Part shown: one piece after another, positions 1 through 9,434 of the stretch
How positions within the stretch are numbered: position 1 is the stretch's first letter
Layout of the letters: each line of letters opens with the position of its first letter
DNA from: an uncultured Gemmatimonadales bacterium
GTDB taxonomy: Bacteria > Gemmatimonadota > Gemmatimonadetes > Gemmatimonadales > Gemmatimonadaceae
Assembly (NCBI GenBank): GCA_963793305.1
Contig: CAWBZV010000003.1
Location: 640,001 to 704,000, forward strand
Direction: 5' to 3'
DNA: 64,000 nucleotides
Position numbers and translations under genes: made by a program
Notes under the pieces: model-generated
What the model saw: only the letters and a program-made list of their open reading frames with translations
What the model was told of the DNA's origin: nothing
Database searches by the model: none

Positions 1-681
1 CTGGAGTCGAAAGCCTATGCGCAGCGTGGGCAAGGTGACCTGGGCGGCGCGCGCGCCACGCTCGAGCGAGCGCTCGATGTCGCGCCCACCAACTTCGAGA
101 TCATCGAGCTCGACGCCATGACGTATCTCATGGGCGGCGATCTCCAGGGCGCGCGGCATGTCCTCCACCAGGCGAGCGCACGGGTCGACTCGGCCGCGCT
201 CTTCGCGTATGTGGCGACGACGTACGACCTGTACTGGGTGCTCGACGACGCCGAGCAGCGGGCGCTTCTGGCGATGGGGCCCGGGGAGAGCTCGCGGCGC
301 GATTGGGCGCTGGCGCTCGCGCACACCTACTGGTTGCGTGGGCGCTCGGATGCGGCGAAGGCGTACGCCGACTCGGCGCTGGCTGCGCCGCAAGGGACCG
401 GCGCTCAGGATATTGCGCTGCTCGGCGTGGCCGAGGCGTATGACGGGCGCCGCGAGGATGCGGTACGCCATGGACATCAGGCCGTGACTGCCGATCCCAT
501 CGCGACGGATCGGCAGAATGGGCCCTATACCGAGATGTTACTGGCGCGCATCTGGATGCTGGCCGGCCAGCCCGACAGTGCGGCGGCGGCGCTCGCGGTT
601 GCCGAGAAGGTCCCTGGGTTCTATCTCACGCCGGCGTGGTTGACAATAGATCCGACGTGGGCGCACGTTTTCAGAAAATAG
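1..681 (+). CDS. C-terminal part of a TPR-like helical repeat protein (likely the tail of a kinase/TolB-TPR protein), 5'-truncated by the window
   Basis: Frame 1 is open from base 1 (LESKAYAQRGQGDLGGARATLERAL...) to TAG 681. Ala/Leu-rich TPR-like helices; ends LTPAWLTIDPTW. Confidence 0.7.
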   Translation: MESKAYAQRGQGDLGGARATLERALDVAPTNFEIIELDAMTYLMGGDLQGARHVLHQASARVDSAALFAYVATTYDLYWVLDDAEQRALLAMGPGESSRRDWALALAHTYWLRGRSDAAKAYADSALAAPQGTGAQDIALLGVAEAYDGRREDAVRHGHQAVTADPIATDRQNGPYTEMLLARIWMLAGQPDSAAAALAVAEKVPGFYLTPAWLTIDPTWAHVFRK

Positions 682-689
682 GAGAGGCT

Positions 690-1091
690 ATGCGGAAACT
701 CGTGATGGCGGTGGCATGCGTCGTAGGCGCGATCGTGCTCGCGCCCGCGGTGGGGGGAGCGCAGTCGACGGCGACGGCGGCGATGGTCACGTGTAAGGAC
801 GGGACGACCTCGAAGGGCGGGCAGGGGGCATGCTCGCACCACGGTGGCATCGCTACGGCTTCGCCTACCGGTGCCATGACGACCAGCACGCCTGGAGGCG
901 GCAAGATCCCCAATCAGACCCCGGCTCCGGCTACGGCTCCTAAGCCGACCAAGACCGGGGCGACGGCGGACTCCGTCGGATCCATCGCGCAGTGCACCGA
1001 CGGCATGTTTTGGGACGGCACCGTGCGGCCAGGGGCATGCTCTGGGCACAAGGGTGTGAAGCGCTGGATGGCGGGCGCGCCGGCGAAGTAA
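690..1091 (+). CDS. Secreted DUF3761-like protein with two Cys-rich repeats
   Basis: GGAG RBS before ATG 690; signal peptide; repeats CKDGT..GQGACSHHGG and CTDG..RPGACSGHKG separated by a Pro/Thr linker. Confidence 0.8.
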   Translation: MRKLVMAVACVVGAIVLAPAVGGAQSTATAAMVTCKDGTTSKGGQGACSHHGGIATASPTGAMTTSTPGGGKIPNQTPAPATAPKPTKTGATADSVGSIAQCTDGMFWDGTVRPGACSGHKGVKRWMAGAPAK

Positions 1092-1107
1092 CCGCAGTCT
1101 GTAGCTC

Positions 1108-1143
1108 GGGGCCGCGTGTCGACATGGCACGCGGCCCCTTTTT
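1108..1143 (+). terminator. Rho-independent terminator
   Basis: GGGGCCGCGTG-9 nt-CACGCGGCCCC perfect 11 bp stem followed by TTTTT, just after stop 1091. Confidence 0.85.
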
Positions 1144-1144
1144 G

Positions 1145-1329
1145 TGCGCGTCGCCTTCGGCGAACGCGCAATCGCCCTCGCGAATGTCCCCACCACGTGC
1201 CGCCGCTAACGCGAACGACGCGCCTTGCGTCTCACTCATCGACATCGCGTAGCATGCGACATGCGCGCGTGCCCGTGTGCACGCGTCTCGTGTGATGCGC
1301 GTCACGCCGAAGGCGTGCGCGCGCACGAG
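1145..1329. repeat. Pair of inverted REP-like palindromes
   Basis: 1145-1170 TGCGCGTCGCCTTCGGCGAACGCGCA and 1287-1329 hairpin with core CGCCGAAGGCG, the reverse complement of CGCCTTCGGCG. Confidence 0.45.
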
Positions 1330-1418
1330 TGAGCAAGTCAGGTGATCAAGCACGTGTAGTATGCAGACACCTCGAAGTTCTGCGTTCGGTCCTGCACCAA
1401 GTTCTCGGAGTCGCTCGT

Positions 1419-1826
1419 ATGCGCCGCGCAATCGCTCTTCTACTCAGTGTGATCTCGATCACGTCCGCCCAAGCTCAAGACTCGACGTCAATGTCGGCGA
1501 GAGTCACCGCCGCAAAGCAGTGGGCGACGACGTTCGTATATGGCGTGGTACCGGCCGCCGTGGCCCAGGCGGCAGCGCAATGCCAGGATGGCCTCGCGAA
1601 AGTACGAAGGGGCCAGACGCCGGCGAACACGCTGGTGAGCATCGTGACGATCGGCATGTTCAACCCGATCACGATCCTCGTGACGTGCGCTCTGCCGAGC
1701 GAGAAGCCGGCGATCGATGTGCCGGCCGACGCCACGCTGGATGAGCGGAGAAATGCGCTGGCGGACGCCGTCGATGAGTCGCTCAAGACCCATCGCCCGG
1801 TCGTGGTTCGCTACACGACGGGCTGA
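1419..1826 (+). CDS. Secreted Bor/Iss-like small protein
   Basis: Signal peptide MRRAIALLLS...AQA; FVYGVVP...C..GLAKV...QT..N.LVSIVTIGMFNP.T..VTC resembles the Bor family pattern. Confidence 0.6.
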   Translation: MRRAIALLLSVISITSAQAQDSTSMSARVTAAKQWATTFVYGVVPAAVAQAAAQCQDGLAKVRRGQTPANTLVSIVTIGMFNPITILVTCALPSEKPAIDVPADATLDERRNALADAVDESLKTHRPVVVRYTTG

Positions 1827-4511
1827 GGTACAGCGGCCGAGAGCGGAGATTCGAGCAGCGTATCCATCGCGTCGGCCGTGATCGGACGCGAGAAGTAGTT
1901 CCCTTGCCCGAGGTGGCAGCCCAGCACGCGTAACTGCGCCAGCTGCCCCTCGGACTCGATGCCCTCGGCGCTCGTCTGCAACTTGAGCGTCTGCCCGAGC
2001 CCGATGATGGCTCGCCCCACGTCGTCGAACGGCTTCGCGATCTTGAGGATGTCGATCGGAAACTGCCGAAGCGAACCGAGCGACGAGTACCCGGTGCCGA
2101 AGTCATCGATCGCCACGCGCACGGACAGCGTCTTGAGCGCCCTCAAGTGTGTCAGCATGAGTTCGGTCTGCTGCATGAGCGCGCTCTCCGTGACCTCGAG
2201 CACCAACGTCGACGGCGGCAGCTCGAACTCGACGAGGGCCGAGCGCAGCGCCTCCATGAGCGTCGGATGCTGGATCTGCTGCGCGGAAAAGTTGACACTG
2301 ATGGTGAGCGGCATGACGCGCGGATGCGCGAGCTGCCAGCGTCGCGCCCGGCGACAGGCCTCTCTCAACACCCATCGCCCAATCGGCACGATGAGCCCGG
2401 TCTCCTCGGCCACCGGCATGAACTCCGCCGGGGTCAGCGTCCCGCGCCGTGGATGCTCCCAGCGCATCAGTGCCTCGACGCCCACGATCGCCCCGCTCGC
2501 GATCTCGAAGATGGGCTGATAGCGCAGCGACAGCTCGTTCCGCTCAACGGCCTGGCGGAGCTCGGCCGCCATCTCGAGCCGCGCGATCGTCTCGGCGTAC
2601 ATGCTCGCCTCGAAGAGCTCATACCGCGCCTTCCCGCGCGCTTTCGCTTGGTACATCGCGGTATCGGCGTTGCGCAGCAGCTCGGATGGGCTCAAGTCAG
2701 GCGTCGCGACCGCGATCCCGATGCTCGCTGACGCGTAGACCTCTTTCCCGTCGACAATGAACGGCTCCCGCAGCGCCGCGGTAATGCGCTCGGCCGCCGC
2801 GGTCGGCGCCATGGGCCCCGACGCGTCCTCAAGCAGAATCGCGAACTCGTCGCCGCCGAGTCGCGCGACGGTGTCGCTCGTGCGCACCGCGTCGCAGAGG
2901 CGCCGCGCGATCGTGGACAGGAGCTGATCGGCCGGCAGATGGCCGAAGCTATCGTTCAGCGTCTTGAAGTTGTCGATGTCGAGGAACAACACCGCGACCG
3001 GGTGACGGCCGTGACGGCCCGTGATCGCCAACGCGTGCGTCACGCGGTCCAGGAATAACGCGCGGTTGGCCAGCCCCGTCAGCGGATCGTGGAATGCCTG
3101 ATGGACGAGCTGCGCCTCGAGCGATTTGCGCTCGGTGATGTCACGAGTATTGATGACGATCCCGTGCACGGTCGGCTCGTGCGTGAGGTTCGTGCCGACC
3201 GCCTCGACGTAGAGCCACCGCCCGTCCCGATGCTGGACGCGCCACTCGCTCGGCGCCGTGACCCCGGGGCGCAGCGCCGCCTCGGTGAACATCGCCTCAC
3301 CGCGCGACGCATCCTCGGCGTGCAGGAGCGCTGTGATCGCGCGACCCTCGATCTCCTCGGGTGTGAACCCGAACACGCGCGTGGCCGACGGGCTCACGTA
3401 GGTGATGATGCCGGCCTCGTCGACGACCGCGATGACGTCCGATGAGTGCTGCACGAGCGCGCGGAAGCGCGCTTCGTTCTGTCGCTTGGCGCGCTCGGAC
3501 ACGAGGCGTGCGTTCTCGCGCACGGCCGCGATCTGGCGCGTGACGACCAGCACCGTCACGACGACCATGGTCATCGCCAGCAGCGACCACGAGGACGGGT
3601 GCGCGCGCAGCGCATCGCGCATCAAGAGCGCCGCGCACAGCGCCAGCGCCGTGTACGGCAGTGGGCTGAACGACTGGACTTCTGTCTCAACGTTCCGGCT
3701 CGGGCGTGTCGCCCGATGTATGCTCCGGATCCGCGGCCGATCGATACAGGCCCCACGTGATCAGCGCGTAGGACAACATCATGGGGATGTCGGTCCACGC
3801 CATGCCGAACGGGCCGACGCGCACGAGCACGAGATCGTTCGCCAGATCGCTGAGCGCGAAGATCGCGACGCCCGAGAAGAAGAGCGCGGACGCCGTCGAG
3901 CCGCGCACCGGTAAGCGGCGCAGCAACACCGTCGTGAGACCCGCGAGTACCAGGATGCTGCCGAGCGGGTAGAGAAAGGTGATGAGCGTGGCGATCGGGC
4001 TGGTCGTCTCGCTCACGGTGGGCACGATGACGAGCTGCCAGATCACGATGCCGCCGCTCAACAGCACCGTGAGGGCGTCGAACATGAACTTGCGGCGTTC
4101 GATCCGCTGGCGACTCGCGAGGGGAAGCGAGACGAGACCCGTGACGAACAGCGGGTACCAGAGGAGATATGGGAGGTTGACCCACCACGAGCCCGTGTAG
4201 TCGCCGAGCTGCAGCACGTTCGTATAGAGGAACGAACATGCGTTTCCGACGGACACGAATAGCCAGGCAGCTCCGAACCACCGGAACGCGCGGCGAATGC
4301 GCTCGTCGACGACGCGTGAAGCAGCGAACCAGGCCATGAAACATGTGACCAGGTTCATCGGCGGGAACGCGAGAATCGTTAGCGGTCTCGTTCCAGCCTG
4401 CGTCTTCAGTGTCGCAAAAACTATAGGATAACTGGCGGCCCAGACCGTCGCGGCGATCGCTAAACCGCGCGCAATGGTTAGAGGGCGCCAATTTTTGGCG
4501 GCCACGGTCAT
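1811..4511 (-). CDS. Membrane sensor + PAS + GGDEF + EAL protein (c-di-GMP turnover); +1 frameshift near 3690
   Basis: Multi-TM N-terminal ORF from ATG 4511 stops at 3687 (..CCG GAA CGT TGA). Removing one base joins it to ETEVQSFSPLPY...PAS...HDPLTGLANR...RLGGDEF...VEALMRW...IDDFGTG. Confidence 0.85.
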
Positions 4512-4643
4512 TACAAGAAAGGACGCACAACTGCCCTCGTTCGTTTCGTCCCCAGAGTGGGGGCTGTAACTTATGTAACTTACGCCATTGACGCCACTTA
4601 TCATGTGGCGTGACCCCAGGGGCGATGTCCTCGTTTGGTGGGT

Positions 4644-5123
4644 ATGCGGCTCGCGCTCGAAGCTCCCGAACGGCTCGCTATTCACGATCACGCGACTGGT
4701 ATCCGCATCCTCGGCGGGATCCTGGTCGTGCTCGGCGCCGTGTACTCGAACGTCCCCGGCGTCGCGTGTGCGGTCGCGGGGCTTCTGACTATTCTCCTCC
4801 CGGAGGAGAGACGTATAGTCATCGACCGCGAGGCCGGCATCGTCACCATCGATCGGCGTGGCGGCGGTGGCTGGAGTCGCGCTCTCTACCCCCTCTCGGC
4901 CGTCGCCGACGTCGTGCTCGAGGAGAGCGACGAAGAGGCTTCCACCGGCCGCTTCCGCGTCGCCTTCGTGCTCCGCGACGGGGGCCGCGTTCCGTGGACC
5001 TGGTCCTACTCCCGCGCCGCCGCCGGCGCCCGCGCGCACATCGACGCCGTGCGCCGATTCCTCGGAACCGCCGCGCTTCCGCCCGCCGTCCAACAACCTC
5101 GGCCCCGGCGTTCGGCGACCTAG
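4644..5123 (+). CDS. Hypothetical membrane protein (2 TM + small soluble domain)
   Basis: ORF with two hydrophobic segments, upstream of and co-oriented with 5141. Confidence 0.6.
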   Translation: MRLALEAPERLAIHDHATGIRILGGILVVLGAVYSNVPGVACAVAGLLTILLPEERRIVIDREAGIVTIDRRGGGGWSRALYPLSAVADVVLEESDEEASTGRFRVAFVLRDGGRVPWTWSYSRAAAGARAHIDAVRRFLGTAALPPAVQQPRPRRSAT

Positions 5124-5140
5124 CCACTAGCTTTCGCGGC

Positions 5141-6244
5141 ATGACGGCGTCAGTCCCGGTCGAGATTGTCGACGAAGTAAATGCCAGAATCCTGGCGGTG
5201 TCCGAAGATCGCGTCGCGGGATTCTCGCGGGACCCATTTGGCGAGATCGCTTTAGCGTCCGGCGTAGAGCTGCCGGTGGTGCTCGAAAGGCTCAAAGCCA
5301 TGCTCGCCACGGGCACGATCCGCCGGATCCGCCAGACGCTGATGGCGACGAACCTGGCGCCGGGCGCACTCGTCGCGTGGAAGATCGCGCCCGAGAAGCT
5401 CGATACCGGCTTCGACTACATGGTCGAGCGCGACCCGTTCTCGGGCCACGTCGTGATCCGCTCAACGGACGCCGAGACGCCGGGGTCAGCGTATCGACTC
5501 TGGACGACGCTGAAAGTCCCGCAGGGCTACTCGATGGAAGCTCACTGCGAGTATCTCCGCCGTCAGATCGGGGCCGAGTCGTTCCGGATGATGCCGGCGA
5601 AGCGCTTGTTCGTGCTCGGCGTCGGCCACGTACGCCGGCGCACGATCGAGCCAGGCGACAAGAGCGATGAGCCAGGCGCCGTGCTCGACACCGCGATCGT
5701 CGAGCTCTCGCCACTCGAATGGCGCGTGCTCGAGCCGCTCAAGCGCGAGTTTGCCCCTGATGAGGTTCGTGAGGACTCGTGGGTATCGCGCGCGGCCGAG
5801 GCCGGAGTGTCGATCGACGAGTTTTGCGCGGTGGCGGGCCGGCTCAACGAGCGCGGCGTAATCGGTCGGTTCTCGACGTTCTTGGAGCACGTCAAGCCGT
5901 CGAGCACCGGAGTCCGCGTGACGCGATACAACGCGCTATTCCACTGGCGCGTCCCGCCAGGCCGCGAGATCGAGGCCGGCCGCGAGATCGGACGGCACCA
6001 TATCCTGACGCACGCCTACTGGCGCGAAGGCGGCCCGGAGTTCGCCAACGTGAACGTGATGGCCGTCGCCCACGGCACGGACAAGGCCCTCGTGCTCGCG
6101 CACAAAGCCGCGATCGACCAGCACCTCGCGGACATAGGGATGCCGGTCGACTACACGAACGTGTTCTGGGGCGGGCGGAGCGAGATCAAGCCATCAGAAA
6201 TCAGCCCCGCGGCGTACGCTGCGTGGTTACTCCAGCGTGCGTAG
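5141..6244 (+). CDS. Double Lrp/AsnC-fold protein, probable fused siroheme decarboxylase (AhbA/AhbB, NirDL-like)
   Basis: Two HTH+AsnC modules: PFGEIA...GTIRRI...ALVAW...HVVIR...YRLWT and A.EAGVS...GVIGRF...NALFHW.VP...THAYWR...NVMAVAHG. HxxxR motifs are typical of Ahb/Nir decarboxylases. Confidence 0.65.
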   Translation: MTASVPVEIVDEVNARILAVSEDRVAGFSRDPFGEIALASGVELPVVLERLKAMLATGTIRRIRQTLMATNLAPGALVAWKIAPEKLDTGFDYMVERDPFSGHVVIRSTDAETPGSAYRLWTTLKVPQGYSMEAHCEYLRRQIGAESFRMMPAKRLFVLGVGHVRRRTIEPGDKSDEPGAVLDTAIVELSPLEWRVLEPLKREFAPDEVREDSWVSRAAEAGVSIDEFCAVAGRLNERGVIGRFSTFLEHVKPSSTGVRVTRYNALFHWRVPPGREIEAGREIGRHHILTHAYWREGGPEFANVNVMAVAHGTDKALVLAHKAAIDQHLADIGMPVDYTNVFWGGRSEIKPSEISPAAYAAWLLQRA

Positions 6245-6502
6245 GATGCGCGGCCACACTAACGTCGCATAACGAAAGAAGTTTTCTCGCGCCTCCGGGT
6301 GCTCAGACAGAAACCGGGCCAAGGACATGTGTCCTTTGGCCCGGTTGCATGTCTGACATGCCGTCACGAGATTGCCGCCCGATCGGTCACCACCCTTCAC
6401 CCGCGGCTGCAAATGATCAGTTGTCAGGTCCTCGACGGGGCACACCAACCCACAATACACGCAGCGATAGCCGTCCCTCTCAAAGATCTCCTCACGCGTC
6501 AG
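6227..6502 (-). CDS. HNH endonuclease (McrA-like, small)
   Basis: LTREEIFERDGYRCVYCG...LTTDHLQPRVKGG...NLVTACQTCNRAKG. Start uncertain; a CTG at 6502 overlaps the upstream TGA. Confidence 0.85.
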   Translation of the reverse strand: MTREEIFERDGYRCVYCGLVCPVEDLTTDHLQPRVKGGDRSGGNLVTACQTCNRAKGHMSLARFLSEHPEARENFFRYATLVWPRILRTLE

Positions 6503-7893
6503 GGCAAGCTCCCGCTCGAAGCAGCCGTCTGCAGTCCACGGACATTCACCTTCGCCCCCTGCGTCAAGCGAGACTGACCGTCGGTCACGACGCGCTCGCC
6601 TTCGGCGAGCCCCCTGGAGATCACGACCAGCGTGTCCGCCACACGACTCACCACGATCGGCCGCTGCTGGGCCGTGTTCGCTTTATCAATCACAAAAACA
6701 TAGCTGCCCTGCTGACCCGTCATGACCGCCTGCTGCGGCACGACGAGTGCGTCCTGCTGCACGTAGAGCCGCAATGTCGTGGCCACGTACTCGCCGGGCC
6801 ACAGCTCGCCGCGCTGGTTGCCGAACGTCCCCTTGAGGAGCACGGTCCCCGTCACCGTATCGACGGCGTTGTTCACGAACGAGAGCGTGCCCGTGGTCTG
6901 CGGCACGTTCACCGTCACCGGACCCGAGGCCGGCGCACCGCTCGCGCCGCCCGACGAGCGCGGCTGGCTCGTCACCGCCGGATGGCTCGGTGGGCCACTC
7001 GCCTGCTGCTGCGGTTGCGGCGATTGCGCTGAGGGCTGCGATGCCGTCGGCGCGGGATCTCCCGACGAGATCAACGTCCCTGGCGGCGCGTCGGTCTGCT
7101 GATCGTTGGCCGAGGGCGGCAGCGCGCTCGTCGTCGGCGACACGGTCACCGGCAGCGATCCGGTCGAGATGTACTTCTGAATGTCCGGCAGGTTCGTCGC
7201 CGGCACCGCGAACTGCACGTAGATCGGCTTGATCTGGTTGATCACCACGAGCGGCGTCGCGGCGGCACCGTGCACGAGATTGCCCTCGCGCACGAGCAGC
7301 TGTCCCGTGCGACCCGAGATCGGCGCCCGCACGGCCGAGTTGTCGAGGTTGAACTTCGCGTTGGCGACGGCCGCCGAATCCAATGCGACGGTCGCCTGGG
7401 CGACGCCCGCGTTGGCGCGGATCTGATCGGCCTGCTCTTTCGTCACGTAATCTTTCTGAACGAGATCGTCGTAGCGCACGACCTCGGCGGCGGCATTCAC
7501 GAGCGTTGCTTTATCCCGAGCCAGCGCCGCGACGGCCTGGTTGTACGCCGCCCGATACGGAATCGGGTCGATCTCGAACAAGAGTTGACCTGCCTGGACC
7601 TCATCTCCTTCGCGGAATGCCACTTTCCTGACGATGCCGTCGACCTGCGACGCGACGGCGGCCGTCTGAATTGGATAGACGGTGCCGTTCGCGCCAATGT
7701 TGTACGGCACGGCCGCGCGGCGAACCGACGCCACGGCCACCGGGACGGGCATGTTGGCGCCAGCCCCGCCACGGCCGCCGCGCTTACCGCCGCCGCCGGT
7801 GCTGGTACTAGCGCCGCCGCTAGCCGTGCCTTGCTGTTTTGAACCGCACGCAAGCAACACGGCGGTGAGCGTGAAAATCGCGAGTGTCTTCAT
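6499..7893 (-). CDS. Efflux RND periplasmic adaptor (MdtA-like MFP) lipoprotein
   Basis: Lipobox LLAC; VASQVDG..V.FREG..V..GQLLFEIDP; VRAPISGRTG; NNAVD..TGTV; GLAEGERVVTDGQ. Confidence 0.92.
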   Translation of the reverse strand: MKTLAIFTLTAVLLACGSKQQGTASGGASTSTGGGGKRGGRGGAGANMPVPVAVASVRRAAVPYNIGANGTVYPIQTAAVASQVDGIVRKVAFREGDEVQAGQLLFEIDPIPYRAAYNQAVAALARDKATLVNAAAEVVRYDDLVQKDYVTKEQADQIRANAGVAQATVALDSAAVANAKFNLDNSAVRAPISGRTGQLLVREGNLVHGAAATPLVVINQIKPIYVQFAVPATNLPDIQKYISTGSLPVTVSPTTSALPPSANDQQTDAPPGTLISSGDPAPTASQPSAQSPQPQQQASGPPSHPAVTSQPRSSGGASGAPASGPVTVNVPQTTGTLSFVNNAVDTVTGTVLLKGTFGNQRGELWPGEYVATTLRLYVQQDALVVPQQAVMTGQQGSYVFVIDKANTAQQRPIVVSRVADTLVVISRGLAEGERVVTDGQSRLTQGAKVNVRGLQTAASSGSLP

Positions 7894-9410
7894 CGAGAAC
7901 CACGACTTGTTGAGTCCGACGTGAGTTGGATCGGCATCTCGCCATGAATCCCGATCACACCGGCATCATGCGAAAGTTGAGCGAGGTCGGCGTACCACGT
8001 CCACCGCGCCTGGGCTTCGGTCGCCCGTGCGCTAGACAGCGCCGCCTCGGCCGTCAGAAGATCGAGGATCGCGCCGACGCCCTGCTTGTATTTGCCGAGC
8101 GCGACATCATAGTTGCTCTGCGCGCTGGTGAGGAGATCCGTCGACGACTTCACCTGTGCCGTTGCCGTGCGCAGGTTGTAAAACGACGTGAAAACCTGAT
8201 ACACGACCAGGTCACGTTGATACTCTGCGTTGGCGTCGGCCGCCCTCGCCAACTCTTTGGCTTGCAGGATGTCGTAGTAGTTCTGCAGGCCGGAGAAGAT
8301 CGGGATCGACACACCGGCTTGGAGCGTCCACGTGTGTCCGTTGAGCTGCGACTGCTGCGCGCTATAGAACGTCTGACTGCCCGTCGCGCCGAGAGTGACC
8401 TGCGGCAGCCAGGCGCCGCGAGCCACCGCGATATTCGCGTGCTGCTCGCGCGCGAGGGCGCGGAAGGACGCGAGATCGGGGCGGTGGTTCACCGCCTCGT
8501 CCACCAACGAATCGACCGACTGCGCGATCGACTGCACCGGCACGTTCGGCGGCTCGGGCGCGATGTCGTACGGCAGATTCGCGGGGAACCCGAGCGCCAC
8601 GGCGAGCGACCCGCGCGTCGTCTGCACCGAGCCCTCGTCCGTCTCGAGCGTGAACACGGACTGCGAGTACGTCACCTGCGCCTGCAGCACGTCCGAGATC
8701 GTCGCGACGCCCGCGTCGTGGCGGTCCTTCGCCGACGCGAGACCGACGCTATCCTCTTGCACGGTCTTGAGCGCACCGTCGCGAATGGCCTTCGCCGCGT
8801 TGTAATTGCAGTACGACTGGATGATCGCCAGCGTGACCGCTTGCACGGTCGCGTTGTGCGTATACGAGGCGGAGAACGCCGCTTCTTTCGCCGCATCCAT
8901 CGCGCCGAACCGCCCGAAATCCCACAGCAGCCACGTCGCTGACGCGGTGGGTTGGAATATGCCTTTATCGCGACCATGCTCCGTCTGGCCGCCGTTCCCG
9001 GTGCCGACCGTCGTACCGCCCAGGGTCGACCCGGTGCCTCCGCTCGAACCCGTACGCTCAGCGGTCGCACCGGCGGTCACTTGTGGCAAGTACTTGCCGA
9101 AGGTCGAGCCAATGACAGCGCCGGCCGCGCGCGCCTGTGCATACGAGGCGCGCGTTTGCGGATTGTTGAGCAACCCGAGGTCCACGACATCTTGGAGCGT
9201 CAGTTGATTGATACGCTGCTCGATATCCGTTGGGACCACGTTCTTCGGGACGGAATCCCGCACCTTGGCCTGCGCCGGCGGCGTCCAAAACTGATTCGGA
9301 GCTTCGGGCGCGCTGGGTTTCCCACCCACATTAGGTGGATTATGGATACAGGCGGCCAAGCCGCCGAGCAGGACCAAAACCGCGGTCTCTGCGGCTCGTG
9401 CCTTTCTCAT
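7890..9410 (-). CDS. TolC-family outer membrane efflux lipoprotein
   Basis: Lipobox LAAC; two OEP repeats (L.NNP..RA; AGVATISDVLQAQ; RPDL; GKYKQGVGAILDLLTAE). Confidence 0.92.
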   Translation of the reverse strand: MRKARAAETAVLVLLGGLAACIHNPPNVGGKPSAPEAPNQFWTPPAQAKVRDSVPKNVVPTDIEQRINQLTLQDVVDLGLLNNPQTRASYAQARAAGAVIGSTFGKYLPQVTAGATAERTGSSGGTGSTLGGTTVGTGNGGQTEHGRDKGIFQPTASATWLLWDFGRFGAMDAAKEAAFSASYTHNATVQAVTLAIIQSYCNYNAAKAIRDGALKTVQEDSVGLASAKDRHDAGVATISDVLQAQVTYSQSVFTLETDEGSVQTTRGSLAVALGFPANLPYDIAPEPPNVPVQSIAQSVDSLVDEAVNHRPDLASFRALAREQHANIAVARGAWLPQVTLGATGSQTFYSAQQSQLNGHTWTLQAGVSIPIFSGLQNYYDILQAKELARAADANAEYQRDLVVYQVFTSFYNLRTATAQVKSSTDLLTSAQSNYDVALGKYKQGVGAILDLLTAEAALSSARATEAQARWTWYADLAQLSHDAGVIGIHGEMPIQLTSDSTSRGSR

Positions 9411-9434
9411 ACTGATCAGTACGGGTAACAGGGT

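Noticed and set aside
6227..6502. HNH as part of a restriction or anti-phage defence island
   Set aside because: No methyltransferase, ATPase or other defence genes nearby.
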